From contig CAVTHK010000017.1 in assembly GCA_963734495.1 (NCBI GenBank), positions 1 to 49,006 of the forward strand: a stretch of DNA of 49,006 nucleotides. The letters run 5' to 3'. Each line of letters starts with the position of its first letter. Position 1 is the first letter of the stretch. Source of the stretch: an uncultured Spirochaetota bacterium. Its GTDB lineage: Bacteria; Spirochaetota; Spirochaetia; SZUA-6; CAVTHK01. The notes below the pieces were generated by a model. It saw only the letters and a list, made by a program, of their open reading frames with translations. It was not told the origin of the DNA and ran no database searches. Of the stretch, positions 29,871 to 37,674 are shown in pieces. Made by a program: the position numbers and the translations under genes.

Positions 29871-30085
29871 GCCGGACGCGGTCCCCCGCGTCCAGACCCG
29901 CGGAAACAGAGCGGACGGTGGCCGGCGGCAAGTCCGACCGGCTGCTATGCGGTCGCCGCCCTGGCGCCGGTCGCCTCCGCATTCACGGCGACCGCCCGCA
30001 CGCGCCGGAGACACGCGCCGGAGACGCAGTTGACTGGTCAATGGGGGGTCGTTACCCTTGGGGCTTGCCCGACGAGGAGGCCCTG

Positions 30086-30769
30086 TTGGCTCGAGCCGGC
30101 TATCGGTATCTGAACCTCGTGACCGCGGCGTTCGTGACGACGCTCGTCACCGCCAACATCATCGCGGTCAAGGTGGTCGACGTCTTCGGGATCGTGGTGC
30201 CCGCCGCGGTCATCGTGTTCCCGATCAGCTACATCTTCGGCGACGTGCTCACCGAGGTCTACGGGTACGCCCGCGCCCGCCAGGTGATCTGGATCGGCTT
30301 CGCGTGCAACGCGCTGGCCGTGGCCGCGATCGTCATCGGCGGGCTCCTCCCGCCCGCCCCCTTCTGGCACGGCGAGGACGCCTACCAGCGCATCCTCGGC
30401 TACACGCCCCGGCTCCTCGCGTCCTCGTTCCTCGCCTACCTCGTGGGCTCGTTCCTCAACTCGGCCGTGCTCGCCCGCATGAAGATCCTCACGAGCGGGC
30501 GCTGGCTCTGGACGCGCACCATCGGGAGCACGCTGGTCGGCGAGGGCGCCGACTCGCTCGTCTTTATCACGCTGGCCTTTGCAGGGACGATGAGCGGCGC
30601 GAACCTCGGGCGCCTCATTGTCACGCAGTGGCTCGTCAAGAGCGCCTACGAGACGATCGCGACCCCGCTCACGTACGCGGTGGTGCGCTTCCTCAAGCGC
30701 GCCGAGGCCGAGGACTTCTACGACCGCGGAACGGACTTCAACCCCTTCAGGCTCAAGGACGGAACATGA
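30086..30769 (+). CDS. yhhQ: Queuosine precursor transporter (YhhQ/Vut_1)
   Basis: ANIIAVK, FPISYIFGDVLTEVYG, ASSFLAYLVG, WTRTIGSTLVG..DS; GAGGAGG RBS before the TTG at 30086; adjacent to queF. Confidence 0.9.
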   Translation: MARAGYRYLNLVTAAFVTTLVTANIIAVKVVDVFGIVVPAAVIVFPISYIFGDVLTEVYGYARARQVIWIGFACNALAVAAIVIGGLLPPAPFWHGEDAYQRILGYTPRLLASSFLAYLVGSFLNSAVLARMKILTSGRWLWTRTIGSTLVGEGADSLVFITLAFAGTMSGANLGRLIVTQWLVKSAYETIATPLTYAVVRFLKRAEAEDFYDRGTDFNPFRLKDGT

Positions 30770-30778
30770 GGACAGGAA

Positions 30779-31213
30779 ATGGACGACATGAAGAAGGCCG
30801 CCGCCCGCCCGCCCGGCGCCGGCCTCACGATCCTCGCCCGCAGAAGGGCGCGGCCCGTGCGCAGGCTCGAGTGCTTCCCGAACAGGCACCGCGGCCGTCC
30901 GTACGTGGTGACGATGGTCTGCCCCGAGTTCACCTGCGTGTGCCCGATGACCGGGCAGCCCGATTTCGGGACGATCACGATCCGCTACGTCCCCGACCGG
31001 CTCATCCTCGAATCCAAGTCGCTCAAGCTCTACCTCTGGTCCTACCGTGACGAAGGCACCTTCCACGAGCACGCCACGAACCGCATCCTCGACGACGTGG
31101 TCAAGGCGCTGGATCCGCTTTCCTGCAAGGTGACCGGCGCGTTCAACGCGCGCGGGGGCATCTCCATCACGGTCGAAGCCGAGTACGAGAAGGGCTCACG
31201 GCTGCATGCCTGA
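30779..31213 (+). CDS. queF: NADPH-dependent preQ0 (7-cyano-7-deazaguanine) reductase, unimodular
   Basis: PEFT..CPMTGQPDF with catalytic Cys, QueF motif ESKSLKLY, FHE, FNARGGI. Confidence 0.93.
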   Translation: MDDMKKAAARPPGAGLTILARRRARPVRRLECFPNRHRGRPYVVTMVCPEFTCVCPMTGQPDFGTITIRYVPDRLILESKSLKLYLWSYRDEGTFHEHATNRILDDVVKALDPLSCKVTGAFNARGGISITVEAEYEKGSRLHA

Positions 31214-32804
31214 AAACGTCGCCCCCGCCTCCCCGCTGAGGGTCGCCTGCGTCGGTGACGCGGACGGCAGCGCGGCTCTCGTGCGCCGCCTGCGCGCCGC
31301 GGGGATCGAGTCCGTCGGGCTGCGGCTGGAAGACTGGCCGGGGGGCGGCGAGAGCTTCGACGCCCTCGTCGTTTCCTGCGCGGCATTCCCGTCGGCGGCC
31401 CGGCTGGCCGCGTTCGCGCACGCCGTGGCCGCGGAGACCGCGGTCCTGGCCGTGGCGCGCGACGCCGCCGAAGAGGCGGCCGTGCTTTGCGCCGCCGCCG
31501 CGATGCCGCCGGCGCCCCGGCTGGACGCGTGCACGGACGGCGAGCTCGAACGGCTGGCGGCTTCGCGCCTGTCGCTCCTCGTGGCGCGGCGCGACGTCGC
31601 GGAGGAGCGGGACCAGCTCACGGGGCTGGGGACCCGATCGGCGATGCGGCGGCACATCGCGCGCGTGCTCGGCGCGCCTCCGGCCGGGAGCGCGGCCGCC
31701 GTCTTCATCCTCGACTTCGACTACTTCAAGCGCATCAACGACACCTGGGGGCACGTCGCGGGGGACGCGGTGCTGCAGCGGGCCGCCGCCCTCCTCGCCG
31801 AGTCGGGTGGCCCGGCGATAGGCGCCTACAGGCTCGGGGGCGACGAGTTCGGGGGAGTCGTGACGGGCCGCGACCGGGCCGAGGTCGCCGCGATCCTCGA
31901 GGAAGCGAGGCGCCTCGCGGCCGACACGCCGATCCGCGTCGCCGCCGCCGTCGTGCGCATCACGGTCAGCATCGGGTTCGCCTTCCTGGACAAGGGCATG
32001 GACGTCGAGGCGGCGTACCGGCAGGCCGACGAGGCGGTCTATTCCGCCAAGAGCGCCGGCCGCAACCGGGTCGTCTGCCGCGACCTGTTCTGGGACGCCG
32101 CGGCCGAGAGCCCGACGCAGGCAGCGCTCGCTCACTTCGAGAACGTGACCCGGGTCTGGACGCAGAGGATGTCGGAGCTCATCACCTCGGTGGGGCGCCG
32201 CGCGATCGAGGAGTCGCGCAGGAGCGCCGAGCACGACGGCCTGACCGACGTGTTCAACCGCGGCTACTTCGACCGGAGGATCGTGAGGGAGATGGAGAAC
32301 GCGCGGCGCACCGCGACACCGCTCTCGCTGGTGATGCTGGACGTCGACGACTTCCACTCAGTGAACATGCGCTGCGGCTATCCCACGGGGGACCTGGCCC
32401 TCAAGGCCGTCGCCGACCTCGCTCGCAACCATTCGCGCTCCACGGACTGGGTGGCGCGCTATGGGGGCGAGGAATTCTGCGTTGTGATGCCCGGCGCGCA
32501 GCCCGCCGAGGCCGCCCTCGCCGCCGAACGATTCCGCGCCGCGCTGGAGGCGGCGACGATCAAGGGCTACGAGCAGCGCGAGCTCAGGCTCACGGCGAGC
32601 CTCGGGGTGGCCTCCGTCGGCGAGCTCGCCCCGGGGTCGGTCGAGGGCGCAGCGCTCGTCCAGGTGGCGAGCGACCGCGTCATCGCGGCCAAGAAGGGCG
32701 GCAAGAACCGAGTCGTGGCGCCGGGAACGGTCACCTCGGGGCGCCCGGTTGCGGGTGGCGACGGGCCCGAGCGCCTCCCGCGGCACGAGGCCCACGCCGG
32801 CTGA
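31206..32804 (+). CDS. Diguanylate cyclase with two tandem GGDEF domains
   Basis: Domain 1: DQLTGL, DFDYFKRINDTWGH..GD, RLGGDEF, AKSAGRN. Domain 2: DGLTDVFNR, DVDDFHSVN, RSTD I-site, RYGGEEF, AKKGGKN. Confidence 0.9.
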   Translation: MPENVAPASPLRVACVGDADGSAALVRRLRAAGIESVGLRLEDWPGGGESFDALVVSCAAFPSAARLAAFAHAVAAETAVLAVARDAAEEAAVLCAAAAMPPAPRLDACTDGELERLAASRLSLLVARRDVAEERDQLTGLGTRSAMRRHIARVLGAPPAGSAAAVFILDFDYFKRINDTWGHVAGDAVLQRAAALLAESGGPAIGAYRLGGDEFGGVVTGRDRAEVAAILEEARRLAADTPIRVAAAVVRITVSIGFAFLDKGMDVEAAYRQADEAVYSAKSAGRNRVVCRDLFWDAAAESPTQAALAHFENVTRVWTQRMSELITSVGRRAIEESRRSAEHDGLTDVFNRGYFDRRIVREMENARRTATPLSLVMLDVDDFHSVNMRCGYPTGDLALKAVADLARNHSRSTDWVARYGGEEFCVVMPGAQPAEAALAAERFRAALEAATIKGYEQRELRLTASLGVASVGELAPGSVEGAALVQVASDRVIAAKKGGKNRVVAPGTVTSGRPVAGGDGPERLPRHEAHAG

Positions 32805-32856
32805 GCCAGGCCTGCCGGTTTGCCGGCGCGGGCTGCGCACAGCTATCCTCCCTTGT

Positions 32857-33369
32857 ATGAACGCGGAAGAGCTGCGGGCGCTCCAGGCGCCGCTGAAGCA
32901 GAGGTACCGGGAGGTCCCCGAGCAGGCCCTCATCACCCTCGAGGCGCGGGGCCGCCTCGGCGAAGGCGTGAGCTGCAGCGTCCAGACCGGCCGCGCCCTC
33001 GCGGCGGCGGGCCTTCACCGCGCCGCCGGGGGGACGGGCTGGCCGTCTGCTCCGGCGACATGCTGCTGGAGGCGCTGGTCGCGTGCGCGGGCGTCACGCT
33101 GCGAGCCGTCGCAACGGCGATCGGCGTCGAGGTCCGGGGCGGCACGGTGAAGGCCCGAGGGGAGCTGGATTTCCGGGGGACCCTCGGCGTGTCCAAAGAG
33201 GTTCCCGTCGGCTTTCAGAGGATACGGCTCGAGTTCGACCTCGACACCGACGCGATCGGAGGAGCAGATCGCGACGCTCCTTCGGCTGACGGAGCGCTAC
33301 TGCGTGGTCCTGCAGACGCTCCGCGAGGCGCCCGAGCTGAGCGTCTCCTGCCGCCGCGGCGCCGCATAG
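32857..33369 (+). CDS. OsmC/Ohr-family protein (two frameshifts, near 33030 and 33255)
   Basis: MNAEELRALQAPLKQRY..AGLH, CSGDMLLEALVACAGVTL, LDFRGTLGV, TERYCVVLQTL pieces across three frames. Confidence 0.82.
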
Positions 33370-33378
33370 CCGCGTCGC

Positions 33379-35286
33379 CTACTGCTCCAGCGTGCTCACG
33401 TCCCCTTCGGGGAGGCCCAGGGCGCGCGCCTTGAGCAGGCGGCGCATGATCTTGCCGCTTCGCGTCTTGGGCAGCGCGTCCACGAACGTGATCGTCTCCG
33501 GTTTCGCGATCGGGCCGATCTCGTGGCCCACGTGCTCGCGCAGGGCCTCGGCCAGCTTGTCGCCGCCCTGCAGGCCCGTCTTCAGGATGACGTACGCGTG
33601 GATCGCGTTGCCCTTGACTTCGTGGGGAAGGCCGATGGCCGCCGCCTCGGACACGTTCGGGTGGCTCACCAGCGCGCTCTCGACCTCGGCGGTCCCGAGG
33701 CGGTAGCCGCTGACCTTGATGACGTCGTCCATGCGGCCGATGACCCAGAAGTAGCCGTCGGGGTCCCTGCGCGCGGAGTCTCCCGTCTGGTACATGGTCT
33801 TGAACTTGCCCCAGTACTGCTCCACGTAGCGGTCCGGGTCCTTGTAGATGGTGCGCAGCATCCCGGGCCAGGGCGTCTTCACCACGAGGTAGCCTTCTTC
33901 ATCATCCTTGACCGGCTTGCCCTCGTCGTCGACGACGTCGGCCACGATCCCGAAGAACGGCCGCGTCGCCGAGCCGGGCTTGAGCGGCGTGACGGGGATC
34001 GGGGTGATCATGAAGCCGCCGGTCTCGGTCTGCCACCAGGTGTCCATGATCGGGCAGCGCTCCTTGCCGATGACCGTGTGGTACCACTTCCAGGCCTCGG
34101 GGTTGATCGGCTCGCCCACCGAGCCGAGCAGGCGCAGGCTGCTCAGGTCGTGGCGGTTGGGCCACGCGTCGCCGAAGCGCATGAGGCCGCGGATCGCCGT
34201 GGGCGCGGTGTAGAGCACCGTGATGCCGTAGCGCTCGATGAGCTGCCACCAGCGGTTCGGGAACGGGTAGGCCGGGGCCCCTTCGTACATGAAGCTCGTC
34301 GCGCCCATCAGCAGCGGCGAGTAGACGATGTAGCTGTGGCCGGTCACCCAGCCCGGGTCCGCGGCGCACCACCAGCGGTCGTCCTCCTTGAGGTCGAAGA
34401 CGTACTTGAGGGTCGTGTAGGTGTGCACCATGTAGCCGCCGTGGGTGTGCACGACGCCCTTGGGCCTTCCGGTCGTCCCGGAGGTGTAGAGGACGTACAG
34501 CATGTCCTCGGCGTCCATCTGCTCGGTCGGGCAGTTGGGGCTCGCCACCGGCAGGCCCATGAGGTCGTGGTACCAGTAATCGCGCTCCGGCGACATGTGA
34601 ACGCCGTGGCCCGTGCGCTTGACGACGATGCAGGTCTCCACGGTAGGCTGCCGCGCCATCGCCTCGTCGGCGATCGCCTTGAGCTCGACGATCTTGCCGC
34701 GCAGGAACCCGCCGTCGGCCGTGATGAGCACGCGGCTCTGCGCGTCCTCGATCCTCCCGGCGAGCGCCTCGACGCTGAAGCCGCCGTAGACGACGCTGTG
34801 CACGGCGCCGATTTTGGCGCACGCGAGCATCGCGATCACCTGCTCGGGCACGCGCGGAAGGTAGATGGTGACGATGTCGCCCTTGTGCACGCCCATGCTC
34901 TTGAGGACGTTGGCGAACTGGCAGACGACGCGGTTGAGCGAGAAGTAGGAGAATGTCCGCTCCTCGCCGTTCTCGGCCACCCAGATCAAGGCGAGCTTGT
35001 TCCGGCGCCAGGTCTTGAGGTGCCGGTCGAGGGCGTTGTGCACGATGTTCGTCTTGCCGCCCACGAACCACTGGTAGAACGGAGGGTTGCTCCGGTCGAG
35101 GACGCGGTCCCATTTCCGGAACCACTCCAGCTCCCCGGCGCGCTCCTCCCAGAACCGCTCCGGGTCCTTGATCGACTGCTCGTACAGGCTTTCGTACTCC
35201 TTGACGTAGGCCTTCTCCAGGATCTCTGCCGGCGGGCGGTAGAGCTCGCCGTCGTGCTGGTCGCCGGGACCGTTGGCATTCTTCAT
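33379..35286 (-). CDS. acs: Acetate--CoA ligase (AMP-forming acetyl-CoA synthetase)
   Basis: YTSGTTGRPKG, ADPGWVTGHSY, GSVGEPINPEAW, DTWWQTETGG, PKTRSGKIMRR; GGAGG RBS before the ATG at 35286. Confidence 0.96.
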   Translation of the reverse strand: MKNANGPGDQHDGELYRPPAEILEKAYVKEYESLYEQSIKDPERFWEERAGELEWFRKWDRVLDRSNPPFYQWFVGGKTNIVHNALDRHLKTWRRNKLALIWVAENGEERTFSYFSLNRVVCQFANVLKSMGVHKGDIVTIYLPRVPEQVIAMLACAKIGAVHSVVYGGFSVEALAGRIEDAQSRVLITADGGFLRGKIVELKAIADEAMARQPTVETCIVVKRTGHGVHMSPERDYWYHDLMGLPVASPNCPTEQMDAEDMLYVLYTSGTTGRPKGVVHTHGGYMVHTYTTLKYVFDLKEDDRWWCAADPGWVTGHSYIVYSPLLMGATSFMYEGAPAYPFPNRWWQLIERYGITVLYTAPTAIRGLMRFGDAWPNRHDLSSLRLLGSVGEPINPEAWKWYHTVIGKERCPIMDTWWQTETGGFMITPIPVTPLKPGSATRPFFGIVADVVDDEGKPVKDDEEGYLVVKTPWPGMLRTIYKDPDRYVEQYWGKFKTMYQTGDSARRDPDGYFWVIGRMDDVIKVSGYRLGTAEVESALVSHPNVSEAAAIGLPHEVKGNAIHAYVILKTGLQGGDKLAEALREHVGHEIGPIAKPETITFVDALPKTRSGKIMRRLLKARALGLPEGDVSTLEQ

Positions 35287-35324
35287 GGGACCCTCCGAAC
35301 GAACAGGAATGATCTGCGACATTT

Positions 35325-35346
35325 CTTACCAAAAATATAAGGTAAG
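35325..35346. promoter_or_regulatory. Inverted repeat CTTACC-N10-GGTAAG upstream of acs (candidate operator)
   Basis: Read directly; the spacer AAAAATATAA is entirely A/T. Confidence 0.45.
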
Positions 35347-35435
35347 CTCCGCCCAGTCAAATTGAAGGCTGGTGCAGGCATGCACGGCGCGGTTCGAAGG
35401 GAGCCTGGCGTGCGAGCGCGCCGCCTCGCCTGCGC

Positions 35436-35467
35436 AAAAAAAAGCAGCCCGGGACCGGGCTGCTTTT
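35436..35467 (-). terminator. Intrinsic terminator downstream of the COG4315 gene (possibly bidirectional)
   Basis: A8-GCAGCCCGG-GA-CCGGGCTGC-T4. Confidence 0.85.
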
Positions 35468-35501
35468 CGTCGCGTTGTAGTCGTGCAGTCGCGGCCGATC
35501 G

Positions 35502-36260
35502 CTACCTGGATGCCGCCATCGGGTTGAACTTCGCGGGATCGACGACGTACCAGTTGTTGCCGACGCCCTGGCCCACGAGGTCTCCGCGCATCTTGTCCTT
35601 GGCGTAGTAGTACAGCGGGAAGCCCTTGTAGGCGAGCTGCTTGGTCCCGTCCGGCCGGTCGATCATCGAGAAGTCCGAGGCGTTCAGCGCCGAGGGCATG
35701 ACGAGCTGGTCCGGAGCGAAGACCGGCCAGTTCTGGATGCAGTTGCCGGTGCAGGCGCTCTGTCCGACCGAGTCCTTGGCGAAGTAGTAGAGCGCGTTCC
35801 CGCTGCCGTCGACGAGGTAGTTGCCGACGTCCTTCTTGGTCCCGATCATGACGGTGTACGCGGGCACCTCCAGGACGTACCAGACCTTGCCGACCCCTTC
35901 GCCGAGCATGTCGCCGGGGTTCTTGTCCTTGTACCAGTAGTACAGCGGCCACCCCTTGTACGTGGTCTCCTTGGTCCCATCGGTCCGCGTGATGGTGCCG
36001 AAGTCCGCGGCATCGAGGGGCGACGAGACGGAAACCGTGTCCGAGTAGAAGATGGGCCACTTGTCTGCGCACGGGCCGTAGCAGGCGCTCTGGCCGTTGG
36101 TGTCGAGCGTGTAGTAGTAGAGCGTCATCCCGTTGGCGTCCGTCAGGAACTTGACGCCGTTGGATGCGACCTGGACTTTGACGGACTCCATGGACTGCGC
36201 CCAGACGGCGCCGGTTGCGAGAGCGAGAACGAGAAGCGCGATCAGAACCCTTACCTTCAT
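35502..36260 (-). CDS. Secreted repeat protein, COG4315 / Lipoprotein_15 type, duplicated unit
   Basis: Signal peptide; two copies of G.TLYY...D....SAC...C...WP...R.DG..Q/E..YKG.PLYY...D...GD..G.GVG..WYV. Confidence 0.85.
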   Translation of the reverse strand: MKVRVLIALLVLALATGAVWAQSMESVKVQVASNGVKFLTDANGMTLYYYTLDTNGQSACYGPCADKWPIFYSDTVSVSSPLDAADFGTITRTDGTKETTYKGWPLYYWYKDKNPGDMLGEGVGKVWYVLEVPAYTVMIGTKKDVGNYLVDGSGNALYYFAKDSVGQSACTGNCIQNWPVFAPDQLVMPSALNASDFSMIDRPDGTKQLAYKGFPLYYYAKDKMRGDLVGQGVGNNWYVVDPAKFNPMAASR

Positions 36261-36335
36261 CTGTTTGTTCCTCCTTCAGGAAAACAGCTTGTCAGGGAAT
36301 ATACTGCTCGGAGCGATCATAAACTACTATTTTTG

Positions 36336-36869
36336 TCAAGTAACTGCGCCATGGTCTACCCTCGCGTCCGGCCGGGGAGCGGCGCCGCCGAAGAGCGAAC
36401 CGAAGCGGTCTTCGGCTCCGAACATACGCCTGTCGAGGGAAAGCCCGCGGGCGGGGAACGCCAGCATCGCGAAGGTCGGCAGACCGAGCGCGAAGTCGCG
36501 CAGCATGGTGCCGATCCCGACCGAGGAGCCGACCCCTGTCCCGAAGCAGCCGCAGTCGATGACGAGCCCGCGGGCCCAGGCCTGAGCCTGGGCGACGAGG
36601 AACGCGGCGAACAGCGCAGTGCCGACCGCGGCGGTCCCGCGCACGAACAGGCCCGCCGCGAGGTAGAGCCCCAGGCCGATCTCGAGGAACGGCAGCGCGT
36701 AGGCAAAGGGCGCGGCCGCGGCGGCCGGCAGGAGGTCGTAGCGTCCGACCGCCTCGCGGAACGCTTCGAGGTGCGGCGCCTTGGCCGCGCCCGCGACCAG
36801 CCACACGGCCGCGGCCGCCAGACGCAAGGCCACGCCGAGCCGCGAGAGCGTCCTACTGCTCGGAGGCAC
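36336..36869 (-). CDS. MauE/DoxX-family membrane protein
   Basis: AGAAK, YDLLP, LPFLEI, RGLVIDCGCFG, MLRD. Confidence 0.85.
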   Translation of the reverse strand: MPPSSRTLSRLGVALRLAAAAVWLVAGAAKAPHLEAFREAVGRYDLLPAAAAAPFAYALPFLEIGLGLYLAAGLFVRGTAAVGTALFAAFLVAQAQAWARGLVIDCGCFGTGVGSSVGIGTMLRDFALGLPTFAMLAFPARGLSLDRRMFGAEDRFGSLFGGAAPRPDARVDHGAVT

Positions 36870-37629
36870 GCGTGAGCTCCTGCTGGATCAGGATGTCGGG
36901 CTGCTCCCTGTCGGCGCGCCAGCGGATGCGGCCGTCGCCGCCGATCACGTAGAACGTCGGGTACGAAGCGACCCTGTACTGCCGGCTCACGCGGCCCGGC
37001 CCGCTCTCGCGCTTGGAGTCGCCCTCGAGCCCGCCCGGATCGAGCAGGGTCGCGTAGGGGATGCCGTAGAAGCGGTCGTAGGCGAGGACCGTCGCCGCGT
37101 CCTCGCTGTCGACGTTGACGGCGAGAAAGGCGAGCCGGTCCGTCGCAAGCTTCTTGTGCAGCTCGACCATGTGTCGCGCCTCGCGCTGGCAGTGCGGGCA
37201 CCAGGTCGCGAAGAACTCCAGCAGGACCGTCTTGCCCTTGTAGTCGGAGAGCCGAACCTTCTCGCCGGTCGGGGTCCAGAGGGTGAAGTCGGGCGCCTGG
37301 GAACCCACCGCCAGGAGGGTCGGGCTGGGAGCGGGAAGGGGAGCGTCGGCGGGCATCCTCTCGATGATATCGGAGGTCCCGTCGTTGCTCGGCCGGAAGC
37401 TCACGGTGTCGGCGGCCTTCGCCACCGCCTCGGGCGAGGGCGGAGGTGCGGCGTCCCGCGGCGGGGCGGCCGCGGAGCGGGCCGCGAGGACGGCCGCCGC
37501 GGCTATGCCGATGGCCACGACGGCACCGGTGGCCGCGAGCGCAATCGCGCGGACACTGCGGCCGCCCGCGCCGGCCGCCCCGCCGCTCGCGGGAGCCATC
37601 TCGCGCCTGGGTCGCTTCTTCCTTCCCAT
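36853..37629 (-). CDS. Membrane-anchored TlpA/ResA-like thioredoxin (CPHC)
   Basis: N-terminal TM, APDFTL, LSDYKGKTVLLEFFATWCPHC, YPTFYVI. Confidence 0.88.
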   Translation of the reverse strand: MGRKKRPRREMAPASGGAAGAGGRSVRAIALAATGAVVAIGIAAAAVLAARSAAAPPRDAAPPPSPEAVAKAADTVSFRPSNDGTSDIIERMPADAPLPAPSPTLLAVGSQAPDFTLWTPTGEKVRLSDYKGKTVLLEFFATWCPHCQREARHMVELHKKLATDRLAFLAVNVDSEDAATVLAYDRFYGIPYATLLDPGGLEGDSKRESGPGRVSRQYRVASYPTFYVIGGDGRIRWRADREQPDILIQQELTRASEQ

Positions 37630-37674
37630 TACTTTCTCCTCGTCCCGGTCCGGCCGCGGAGGAGCGCGGCCGGC

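Noticed and set aside
30779-31213. Deazapurine DNA-modification (dpd) or phage cluster
   Set aside because: No dpdA/tgt-like, queC, queD, queE or folE genes nearby; yhhQ plus queF fits tRNA queuosine salvage.
36316-36339. TTGACA...TATGAT promoter for the COG4315 gene
   Set aside because: The spacer is only 12 nt, too short for a sigma70 promoter, although the AT-rich tract probably holds some promoter.
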